Below, one piece after another: positions 53,513 through 64,000 of a stretch of DNA of 64,000 bases. The notes under the pieces were generated by a model. That model made no database searches, had not been told where the DNA came from, and was given only the letters and a program-made list of their open reading frames with translations. Source of the DNA: Octopus sinensis (lineage: Eukaryota); the NCBI RefSeq assembly GCF_006345805.1, contig NC_043010.1:1550001-1614000 (forward strand), read 5' to 3'. Position 1 is the first letter of the stretch, and every line of letters begins with the position of its first letter. Made by a program: the position numbers and the translations under genes.

Positions 53513-53783
53513 GGGCAGCGGACTCGCGGTTGCATGATCGCGGTTTCGATTCCCTGGCCGGGTGTTGTGTGTGCTTATTGAGCGAAAACACCTAAGGTTC
53601 CACGAGGCTCCGGCAGGTGGTGGTGGCGTACTCTTTCGCCGCAACTTCTCTCACTCTTTCTTCTGTTGGCCTGCTCGCTTAGCCAGCGGGGTGGCGTCAT
53701 ATGAAGGCTAAAACAATGCGAAGCGCATTGTGACCAGCGATGAGTAGCAACATCTGATAGCGTAATCGGTCACGTGATCACGC
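53513..53783 (+). mobile_element. SINE family A, tail type 3, 5'-truncated
   Basis: Family A body, then TGGCCTGCTCGCTTAGCCAGCGGGGTGGCG...GGTCACGTGATCACG. Confidence 0.85.
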
Positions 53784-53784
53784 G

Positions 53785-53822
<38 letters not shown>

Positions 53823-54038
53823 CATACATACATACAGAGACAAACAGGTGGAGAGACATTAAGAGAGGGAGGGAGCGAACTATATAGCTATATACGTTAC
53901 AAAGTAATTGTTGGAACAAATTATTTGACCGGAAATATTTGATTGGCAGATTAGGCGATAGGGAGGAGACTTGGAGATTATAAGTGAGAGGGTTAGCGAA
54001 GATTGCTACAATATGCTTGTGTGTACGTGTGTGAGAAT

Positions 54039-54070
<32 letters not shown>

Positions 54071-54349
54071 AGAAAAGACAGATGTAAGGATAATTAGGGT
54101 AAGTAGTTTGAGGGTAGGTAATTACGGAGGCTGGTTGACCGGTCGGTCACTTGCTTCACTGGGAGGTTGGGTGTGGTCTAACTGAAATATAGATGCCGAG
54201 AAAATTGGGGACGGAATGCTGTTGTTGTTGTTACTGTTATTGTTGATTTCGTTATAGCTGTCGTTGTTGATGATTTTAATATTTTTGTTGTTGCTGTTGT
54301 CGTTGTCATTGTTGTTTGTGTTGCTGCCGTTATTCCAGCTACACTATGC

Positions 54350-54389
54350 TTCCCTGAGGAAGTCTCATTATACCGAAACATGGCCGGAA
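54350..54389 (+). ncRNA. Degenerate hammerhead-like motif
   Basis: TTCC-CTGAGGA-AGTCTCATTATACC-GAAAC-ATGGCC-GGAA. Stem I TTCC/GGAA is intact, but stem II is weak and U16.1 is lost. Confidence 0.4.
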
Positions 54390-54404
54390 TTGTCACATAT
54401 ACCT

Positions 54405-54636
54405 ATTTCTTTACTACCCACAAGGGGCTAAATACAGAGGGGACAAACAAGGACAAACAAACGGATTAAGTCGATTACATCGACCCCAGTACGTAACTGG
54501 TACTTATTTAATCGACCCCGAAAGGTTGAAAGGCAAAGTCGACCTCGGCGGAATTTGAACTCAGAACGTAACGACCGACGAAATACTGCTAAGCATTTCG
54601 CCTGACGTGCTAACGGTTCCGCCAGCTTGCCGCCTT
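54405..54636 (-). mobile_element. SINE family C, full length
   Basis: Reverse complement of the 37899 consensus. Confidence 0.93.
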
Positions 54637-55379
54637 GTTTAGATTAAACTCCTTACTACATTCCCTATCTACTTTTAATATATCGTGTTTGGTGGTATAA
54701 ATATCGCATGGGTATATTAGATGTACCCCATTTCAGCCGCGCATGTTGAAGGAAAGAAGTTTTTAGTGCACTGAAGCATGTCATATTTAAAACAGCTTCG
54801 CATTGGAGATCTAGTCGGATGGATTTTTGGAGACTTTTTGAGTAAGGAAAAAAAGCTCAATTTGTACCATCAAATACAGTAATTTAAATTCCAGGATTAA
54901 CTCTCCATCCTACCTATTTTAACTATAGTTGATCATTAATACATTTTTTGATTCGTCTCTTATGTTATAATTTTCTCTAAGTAAACTCACGTGGTTTTCT
55001 ACATTAAATAAATTAGTACCGACTTTACTAAATGCCATTAGATACCCCGTCTCCTTGCTGTTACCTCGCCACCAACCCACTAACAATAACATCAACATCA
55101 TTACTATGACTATTATCCTCGTTGAACGTCTCGCAGGCTCCTCCGTACAAGTTTGTGAACGTAGGCGAATATAAATATGCAAAGGTCACTTTGAAGATAT
55201 GAAAACTTTCTAATACTCATAATATATAGTTTAAAGACGCGCGAATTAAGGAGGAATAGGAATAAGAGCCGCAGGTTTTAGAGATTTGTTGAGATAAATG
55301 AGCAAGAAAGGAAAGAAAGAAAGAAAGAGAGATAAAGAGAGAGAACACGGCACTTGTAAATGAAAGAGAACAGTATTAA

Positions 55380-55800
55380 AGAGACATTAGTATTGTACTC
55401 AGAACAGAACTAAACGCTAAGAACAAAGTAACTGATATTAATACATTAGCAGCGCCCGGTTAGTTATAAGCAAGAAATTTAATGCAATAAATTGGTAGGC
55501 GAACGAATGAATAATGATAAGCCAGAAGAGGCAATAGAATTAATAAATGGATTTAGACTACACCGCCCCATAACGGACAAATGGGAGACTACATCTACCA
55601 CGGTCAGACGACAGAAAGGATTGACTCCATATTACAATTAGAAAGCCACAATAAAATAAATATTATATGTTCAGATAAATATAGAGCAGAAAAACAGGAG
55701 GAGAGTAATTCGAATGAAGATGACGAGAGAATGTTCTGTATTTTCAAAGGAACTGGTAAATACAACGAAGGAGACGATAAGTATGGAGGTTGGATATAGG
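55380..55800 (+). pseudogene. Decayed R4/Dong-like non-LTR retrotransposon fragment
   Basis: IVLRTELNAKNKVTDINTLAAP (like ILKTELNAKNK..AINTLAVP), followed by ILQLE..K.II. Confidence 0.55.
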
Positions 55801-55818
55801 AAAAGAGAGAGGAGCTAA

Positions 55819-55876
<58 letters not shown>

Positions 55877-56459
55877 CTTTTTTTAATGGATAAAAATTTG
55901 GAAAAGAATATGCTAAATACTTGATGTGAAATGTCATTTCATAATCACTAGAATGTCATGGTTTAAAAAGCAAACGTAAACCTTCAATAATCCCAGGATT
56001 GGCTTCAGAGCTTAGGCTTAAAACCTGAGACTGGATGTCTTCTTATAGCAATGAAGATCCGACCTATATGTCTGCGAAAAACTACTTAAAAATCGTCCTG
56101 TAAAAAAAAAAAAAAATGAAACATAAAAATGTTAACATGAAAACTGGAAGGGAATAGTAAGTGCAGACATAATAATGATTTAAAATGAAGAAGAGTAAAG
56201 CTCGAGTATTTAAACATGGCTGGTGAAGTCAGAACGTAGGTATAAACTAAAAGTAATATGAATAAAAACTAAACTGAAGATCAAATGAACGATGCGTGTG
56301 TTCAGTTGTCCCCGCCAAGAAAATAAAAATGACTATTCCCAAGTACAACAATATGTTTCAACACACGATTTCACACAAAGAATCTTGTAAAACAAATATG
56401 TAGACCAAATTTCAACAACTTCTTTTTATACAATTCCTAATAATATTTAATTATGAAAA

Positions 56460-56500
56460 TACTAGCTGACGTACCAGGTAATTCCCGGGAAAGTGGGGCT
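56460..56500 (+). mobile_element. Helitron-like 5' terminal fragment
   Basis: TACTAGCTGACGTACCAGG...CCCGGG parallels the 61973 terminus. Confidence 0.35.
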
Positions 56501-56584
56501 TAACCCTTGGTTCTGTTCTCATAATTGTTTCGCTAATCCAATAACAACAATACATATACATATATAATGTGTATAATATATATA

Positions 56585-56634
<50 letters not shown>

Positions 56635-56654
56635 ATATATATAATATATATATA

Positions 56655-56899
56655 TAGGGTTGGCCAAAAGTCATCTGATAGTAAATGAAATCCCATTCAA
56701 TTCCAAGATTAAAACAAAAAGTTATTTTATATGAGACTTCATTAATAAATAGACAGGTGTAAAAACAATAAAGCAAACGTTGACCTTAACTAACAGCATT
56801 CAATTATTAAACATTCGTAATTGGAATGAATAAATAAAATTGAGTATTAAGTATTTATGGAACGTTGATTTACTGTCGGTTGACTTGAGACCAACACTG
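56655..56899. mobile_element. Tc1/mariner-type MITE, about 245 bp
   Basis: Imperfect TIRs TAGGGTTGGCCAAAAGTCA and TGACTTGAGACCAACACTG in a TA context. Confidence 0.6.
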
Positions 56900-57098
56900 T
56901 GTGTATATATATATATGTATGTATATATATATATGTATGTATATATATATACACACACATGTATATATATATATACATACATATACATATATATATATAT
57001 ATATATGTCTCTCTCTCTCTCTCCCTCTCTTTCCGACTAATACACCTGCTTGTTGTCCATGCACCTGTCTTCGTCTTTTGTTTCTGTATAAATTTCAA

Positions 57099-57129
<31 letters not shown>

Positions 57130-57156
57130 CGTGCGTGTGTGTGTTTGTGTGAGTGT

Positions 57157-57188
<32 letters not shown>

Positions 57189-57859
57189 CGTTAATCAAAA
57201 ATATTGAATGAGAATCACAATACACTGAATATTCTTAATAAGTTGCTCTTGGTGGGGAAAATATCTAAAACATTAAAGCATACAGATATTTAATAAGAGC
57301 AATTATATTATAAAATAGGTGCAGGAAAATACATTAAAAAAAAATCATCACAGAAGATATAAATCCACTATTATATATTGTATTAATATATAAAATATGA
57401 CTATTTAAAAGGTTTTAAAATTTTATATATCAAGTGGAACAACACCAATAACGCTGTGCAACAAGATTTTGGTCCTTGAGTGGTAACAGTTATTTCCTAT
57501 TTGCTTATCTCTAGAAAGCATGAAAAATGGCTAATGTTGTCTTCAAACTTTGTTTTGGTATGATATTTATTCAAACCCCCAAAGAATCCCTCTCAACCCA
57601 TGGCTATGGTGCTGTTCCACTACTCCTGCTCATGATCAGAGATGCACATATTGTCAACCACTAAGAGACATGCTCAAGTGGTTATGGTCAAGCAAATGAC
57701 AAGCAAATCTATGGTATTCAGCTGAATGTTTGCTAGAACGGTATTTCTGTTTCAGCAACTCAGCGCTAAATCTGTCTTAAATTATAATGGGAAACAGGTC
57801 AGTCTCTAAACATTGATGTCCAGGTCACATTGCAAAACTTGAAGGGAATAGCAGTCATT

Positions 57860-58190
57860 CTCTTTGAATGGAGAGCACCACCTTTAGTCGAACAAATCGA
57901 CCCCAGGACTTATTCTTTCTAAGCCTAGTACTTATTTTATCGGACTCTTTTGCCAAACCATTAAGTGACGGAGACGTAAACACGCCAATATCGGTTGTCA
58001 AGCGATGGGGAGGGGGAATAAACATGGACACACGAACGCACACACACATATATAACAACGGGCTTCTTTCAGTTTCCGTCTACCAAATCCACTCTCAAGA
58101 CTTTGGTCGACCCAAGACTACAGCAGAAGAGACTTCCGCAAAGTGCCACGTAGTGGCACTGAATCCGGAACCATGTGATTGGGAAGCAAT
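57860..58190 (-). mobile_element. SINE family B, bipartite copy
   Basis: Reverse complement of the 31795 consensus. Confidence 0.85.
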
Positions 58191-58210
58191 AATAATTAAT
58201 AATAATAATA

Positions 58211-59499
58211 ATAATAATAAAACAATAAATAATATCAGTAATAATAAAGTGGGTTATTTAAGAAAACATTCATTATTTTGTCGAAAAGTTATATCAGATT
58301 TTATATGCAAAGAGAGGGAGATTTTATCAACTAATTACTTTGATAAGCTTAGTTGATCGAAGCTTTAAAGACTCACACTATTACATATACGAAACCTCAC
58401 TATTTGTACCATCAACAGTTCTACCGAGGAAGATTTTTTCACGAATTTTATAAACCGTTTAGAGATTTTACTATAGCTTATTACCTGAAATATTTGACGG
58501 TTCCTCACATGACCAAGTCGCTTAGATTTCATGAAAACCAGAGGGAGATCTTGACAACTAATTACTTGGATCATTTTAGTTAATCGACGCTTTTCAAAAT
58601 TCACAATATTCTTTTCTATTCCAGGCACAAGACCCGAAGATTTTGAGGAAGGGGCCCGTCAATTAGATCGACCCCAATACGCAACTGGTACTTAATTTAT
58701 CAACCCCGAAAGGATGAAAGGCAAATTTATCGGGGTCGATAAATTAATTCGGGGTCGATCTCGGCGGAATTTGAATTCAGAACTTAAAGATAGACGAAAT
58801 ACCGCTAAACATTTCGCACGGCGTGCTAACGTTTTTTCTTTCTTTATTGCCCACAAGGGGCAAAAATAGAGGGGACAAACAAGGACAGACAGATGGATTA
58901 AGTCGATTACATCGATCTCAGTGCGTAAATGGTACTTAATTTATTGACCCCGAAAGGATGAAAGGCAAAGTCGACCTCGGCGGAATTTGAACTCAGAACA
59001 TGACGGCAGACGAAATACCGGTTAGCATTTCGCCCGGCTCGCTAACGTTTCTGCCAGCTCGCCGCCTTTCAAGCTTCACACTATTACAACCTATATAAGA
59101 CCAACCGTTTGTGACTGCAAAAGTTGATTCCAAAGAAGGCATTTCCCAAGAATTCAATAAGCTTCGTTTTGAGACTGTCCAAGTAGCTTTTTGCAACACG
59201 AAAATTTCGGCGGTTCCTAACTGGGAATGAATATATATTCTTTAATTATTGTTCAAGGGCCAAGGTCAAAGTATGGTAGGAAAAAAAGAAGAAAGGAAAA
59301 AGGTGAAAAGTAAAGAGGAAAAGACAGGAAAATATCAGCCACTTAAACTGTCGGATTGAGCAAAAAAAAACAAACAAACCAACAACAACAACAACAACAA
59401 TAATAATAATAATGATAATAATAAAACAATAAATAATATCAGTAATAATAAAGTGGGTTATTTAAGAAAACATTCATTATTTTGTCGAAAAGTTATATC
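58211..59499 (+). repeat. Identical 85-bp direct repeats (58211-58295 and 59415-59499) 1204 bp apart
   Basis: ATAATAATAAAACAATAAATAATATCAGTAATAATAAAGTGGGTTATTTAAGAAAACATTCATTATTTTGTCGAAAAGTTATATC occurs twice. Confidence 0.95.
58620..59066 (-). mobile_element. SINE family C head-to-tail dimer
   Basis: The full copy 58838-59066 joins (minus strand AAAGAAAG|AAAAAACGTTAGC) to the copy at 58620-58830, which has a different tail and a 17-bp internal inversion. Confidence 0.9.
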
Positions 59500-60429
59500 T
59501 TTATTTAATTATTTGTGTTTGTTTTTGTTTTAATTGGAATTTAGCCAAACCAAATGCCAATAAAGATCACTAGGGAAACAAGAGAAACTGCAAGTGGGAG
59601 AGAGAGGGGAGAGAGAGAGAGAGAGAATGTGTGCGTTTGTGTGTGTGAGAGAGAGAGAAAGAGAGAGTGAGAGAGAGAGAGAGAGAATTTCGAGTGTGTG
59701 AAAAAGAAAGAAGAGTATGGAAAAAAGAAGTATTTTGTTAGCGGTAAAACTAATTCTGAGAGTCAATATTCTTGTTTAGCTTATTATATATGGTATTCCA
59801 AGATTAATATTTATTTGTTTGTTTGTTTGTTTATTTATTTATTTATCTATCTATTTATTTATTTATTTATTTATTTATTTACTCCTTATACACGACGAAC
59901 GCGTGATAAATACAGTCAATTGTTTGACCTTTTGTGATCAGAGGTATCCATCAATGTGCTGGATTTCGCTCTATTGACCTCTGAATAAGTGAGTGAGTGA
60001 GTGGGTGAGTGAGTGAGTGGGTGGGTGAGTGAGCGAGTGAAAAAGAGAGAAAGGATCGAAAGCGGGTTGTGATTTTCAGGGCATTTCAACAATGCGGAAT
60101 TTTGGCACAGGGAAACTTCAAGAAGACCTACAATGGGGAATTGAAACAAAATCAGAGACTCTAGTTTACCGTCAGCTTCCCAAGTGTTCAGTGAAGTCAT
60201 ACATAATATATGCAAGCACGCACGCACAAACACACACACACACATGCACAGACACACACATACACACACACTCACGCACTCACGCACTCACGCACACACA
60301 CATAGCAAGAAGCTTGGAATAGCCATGCGTTGCATCAATTGCCTTTTGAAGGAATTAATAATTGTATTCTTTTACATATTTTGAGTATTGATATTTCCCA
60401 TTTGCAAATCTGAATAACTTGTGTGTATC

Positions 60430-60516
60430 TCACGTGGCACCTTGGGTAGCGTCTTCTGCTAAAGCCTCGGACATACCAGAGCTTTGTGAGTGGATTTCAT
60501 AGACGGAAACTGTACG

Positions 60517-60550
<34 letters not shown>

Positions 60551-60841
60551 TGTATGTATGTATGTATGTATGTATGTATGTATGCATGCATGTATGTATG
60601 TATGTATGTACGTATGTATGTATGTGTGTATGTATGTATGTATGTATGTATGTATGTATGTATGTATGCAAGTATGTATGTACGTATGTATGTTTGTATG
60701 TATGTATGTATGTATGTATGTATGTACGTACGTATGTATGTATGTATGTATGTATGTATGTATGTAGTGTGTGTGTGTATGTATGTATGCATGCATGTAT
60801 GCATGTATGTATGTATGTATGTATGTATGTATGTATGTATA

Positions 60842-60880
<39 letters not shown>
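60430..60880 (+). mobile_element. SINE family B fragment running into about 360 bp of (TATG)n
   Basis: CACGTGGCACCTTGGG...GTGAGTGGATTTCATAGACGGAAACTG directly followed by the TATG array. Confidence 0.85.
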
Positions 60881-61138
60881 AAAGTAAGATAAGGGTTATG
60901 AATGTAACCCACTATGGGATATCAGTTATCCAATATACTGCTGGTGAAGTACCCAAATACTAAATACATAATGCTTTTAATTGCAATAATATTATTGATA
61001 TACAAAACATGCTTCACTTATTATCCAATATAAATAAATAAATAAATAATAAGACAAAAATCCAAATACATATATATATATATATATATAATATATATAT
61101 ATTATATATATATACTAATATATATATATATATATTAG

Positions 61139-61211
<73 letters not shown>

Positions 61212-61519
61212 ATATACACACACACACACACATATATATATGTATATATATATATATACATAAACACTTATATACAGATAAAAATATACAAATATACATA
61301 CATATACATACATAGGCAAATCGTACATACTATTCACATGCGCAAAAAACATAAATAACAACATTGAACAATATATTATATTACATTGGGTATATCGTGC
61401 GTCGTATAGTCAAATAAATGCATTCTAATGTATATACACTACCACGTTTAATAGTACCAACAGTACATATATATATATAAATATACATGTATGTGTGTAT
61501 GTATGTATGTATGTATGTG

Positions 61520-61955
61520 CATAAGGAGTGACTGCGTAGTAAGAAGCTTACTTCCCAACCACATGCTTCTGGGTTCAGTCCCACTGCGTGGAATCTTGGG
61601 CAAGTGTGTTCTACTATAGCCTCGCGCCGACCAAAGCCTTGTGAGTGGAATTGTTTGACGGAAAACTGGAAGAAGCTTGTCGTATACGTATATGTGTGCA
61701 TGTGTGTGTGTGTGTGTGCGTGTATGTGTATATATGTATTTGTGTATCTGTGTTTGTCCCGTTACCATCGCCTCACAACCGATGTTGGCGTGTTTACGTC
61801 CCCGTAGCTTAGCGGCTCAGTAAAAGAGACCACCGATAGAATAAGTACTAGGCTAACAAAGAATAAGTCCTGGGGTCAATCTGTCCGCCTAAAATCAGTA
61901 CTCTAGCATGGCCGCAGTCAGACGATTGAAATAGGTAAAAGAATAAAAGAATAAA
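61520..61955 (+). mobile_element. SINE family B, bipartite copy
   Basis: AGGAGTGACTGCGTAG...GGAAAACTGGAAGAAGCTTGTCG...GCATGGCCGCAGTC...AAAAGAATAAAAGAATAAAG. Confidence 0.88.
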
Positions 61956-61972
61956 GAATATATATATATATA

Positions 61973-62345
61973 TACTAGCAGTATCGCCCGGCGTTGCTCA
62001 GGTTTGTAAGGGAAATAACTATAAAAAATTTTAGAGAGTTATAGCCAAAAATAGCAAAAAATGGAAAAAAATGGTAAATTTTTTTTTTAGTTAAAAAGGT
62101 GGTGTTGCGTCCCCTAGACAGTTTGCGGTTTGTGTTTCTGATTCTCGACCCCATGTTGAATTTATCGATTTTTTTCAGAACTGGGGGAACTTTTAAAAAT
62201 TTTCGCTGCGTTAGTTTTGAATTATGACATTGGGCTATGTGTGTGTCAAGTTTCATCAGAATCGGTTGAAAGCCGTGGTCAGGGTGAGGGTACAAGCAAA
62301 CAGACACACAGAAACACGCACAGACAAACTGCTGTTTATATATAT
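61973..62345 (+). mobile_element. Non-autonomous Helitron/Helentron-like element
   Basis: 5' TACTAGCAGTATCGCCCGGCGTTGCTC, internal CAAGTTTCATCAGAATCGGTTGA, 3' ACAGACACACAG...TTTATATATAT. This architecture is typical of DINE/Lep1-like rolling-circle elements (recalled, not searched). Confidence 0.6.
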
Positions 62346-62764
62346 ATATATATATATTGTAATGAATGCGAAAACTAATTTCTGAGAGTCAGTGTTTCAC
62401 ACTTCGACCTCCTCTCTTACTGCTCATTAACATTTCTACTATTGCTCATGCTGGGGTGAGAGTAATAGTTGTAGGCATAGACATGGTGAAGGCGGTGGTG
62501 AAGACAGATAGAGAGAGAGAGAGAGAGAAAGAAAAATAGAGCGAGAGAAATAGGGACTGAACGCTGGACCAACATACTGAACGAACATACTGAATACACA
62601 CATTTAGCCTTTTTGTGATGGTAAAGGGGTGATAGTATGAGGTGTAGTTATAATAGAGGCGGAAGCGGCGCTGGTGATAAAGTTTAACATATACTCAATG
62701 CATGAAGTGTCATTGTTGGGCCCAAGGCCTAATGAAGAACCCTCTATCTGTTTGTCTGTCTGTC

Positions 62765-62837
<73 letters not shown>

Positions 62838-63159
62838 CATTCATCCCTACTATCCCTCACATCACTACGTGGTCAGCTGATCCACTAAACAGAAGCTAAA
62901 TCATCCTACAGGTGGCACTGCAACTAATCGCCCCACCCCATTTAAATCCGATGCTCGAACGACCTCACCAAACTACACCAACTTGTAGGCTAAATGATAA
63001 TGTTTTGTAGCAATTAGCCTCTTGCCTCCTAATACTAGGACTAAAGAAGAATGTAGAATATTATAGCACCCCCGTGTATCTGTCGGGTGCATATTTTATC
63101 AGCCTCCAAACGATTAACAAGTATATAATAACAATGATAATGATAATACTTTCTACTAA

Positions 63160-63326
63160 AGACAAAGGCCTGAAATTCCAGTGTGTCACTGGTACTTAAT
63201 TTATCGAAGCGAAAAGATGCAAAGCAATGTCGACGTGGAAGGAATTTGAACTCAGAACGTAAAGACAGACGAAATGCTCTTAGCATTTTGCCTGGTGCGC
63301 TAACGATTCTGACATTTCGCCGCTTC

Positions 63327-63363
<37 letters not shown>

Positions 63364-63504
63364 TAATAATAATATAACAATAACAATAATAATAGCAATA
63401 ATAATATAATAATAATATAATAATAATAATAATAACAATAACAATAACAATAACAATAGCAATAATAATAATAATAATAATAATAACATAACAATAACAA
63501 TAGC

Positions 63505-63535
<31 letters not shown>

Positions 63536-63580
63536 TAATATAATAATAATAATAACAATAACAATAACAATAATAATAGC

Positions 63581-63621
<41 letters not shown>

Positions 63622-63868
63622 TAACATAGCAATAATAATAATAATAATAATAACAATAACAATAACAATAGCAATAATAATAATTTTTGGGGAAGGAACC
63701 AGTCGATTAGATCGACCCAGTATGCAACTGGTACTTAATTTACTGACTCCGAAAAAATGGACGGCAAAGTCGACCTCGGTGGAGTTTGAACTCATAATGT
63801 TAGGACGGACGAAATACTGGAAAGCATTTTGCCCGGGGTGCGAACGTTTCTGCCAGCTCGCCGCCTCA
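63160..63868 (-). mobile_element. Two SINE family C copies (63160-63322 and 63685-63868) flanking an (AAT/AAC)n array
   Basis: GGTACTTAATTTA...GCAAAGTCGACCTCGG.GGA.TTTGAACTCA...TTCTGCCAGCTCGCCGCCT. Confidence 0.85.
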
Positions 63869-64000
63869 ATGATAATGATAACAATAATAATAATAATAAT
63901 AACAACAACAACAACAACAACAACAACAATAATGATAATAATAATAAGTTAAACGCAATCTTGCATGGATTCGAAATCGTAAAGTACAATAATGCAAAGT

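Overview
This is AT-rich eukaryotic DNA, almost entirely repeat-derived, and is most consistent with an octopus (cephalopod) intron or intergenic region. That organism call is inferred from recognising the SINE families and the very high microsatellite density; no database search was possible. It has a 100-N scaffold gap at 23861-23960. No intact protein-coding gene, rRNA, genuine tRNA or CRISPR array is supported, and nearly all ORFs in the track are microsatellite artefacts. The window holds dozens of tRNA-headed SINE copies from at least 5 families and decayed LINE fragments (CR1-, RTE- and R4/Dong-like). It also holds DNA-transposon relics (hAT, Tc1/mariner, MITEs, Helitron-like) and a near-perfect 31-bp minisatellite. 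The most notable hidden signal is eight hammerhead-ribozyme-like motifs (CUGANGA, stem II, GAAA, NUH, with matching stem I arms) in several unrelated short elements. One sits downstream of a tRNA/Pol III SINE head, about 340 nt from a second hammerhead on the same strand. A second notable pattern is a SINE family that repeatedly joins onto copies of itself at the same internal positions. Two weak exon candidates (3123-3154 and 14468-14515) are flagged.
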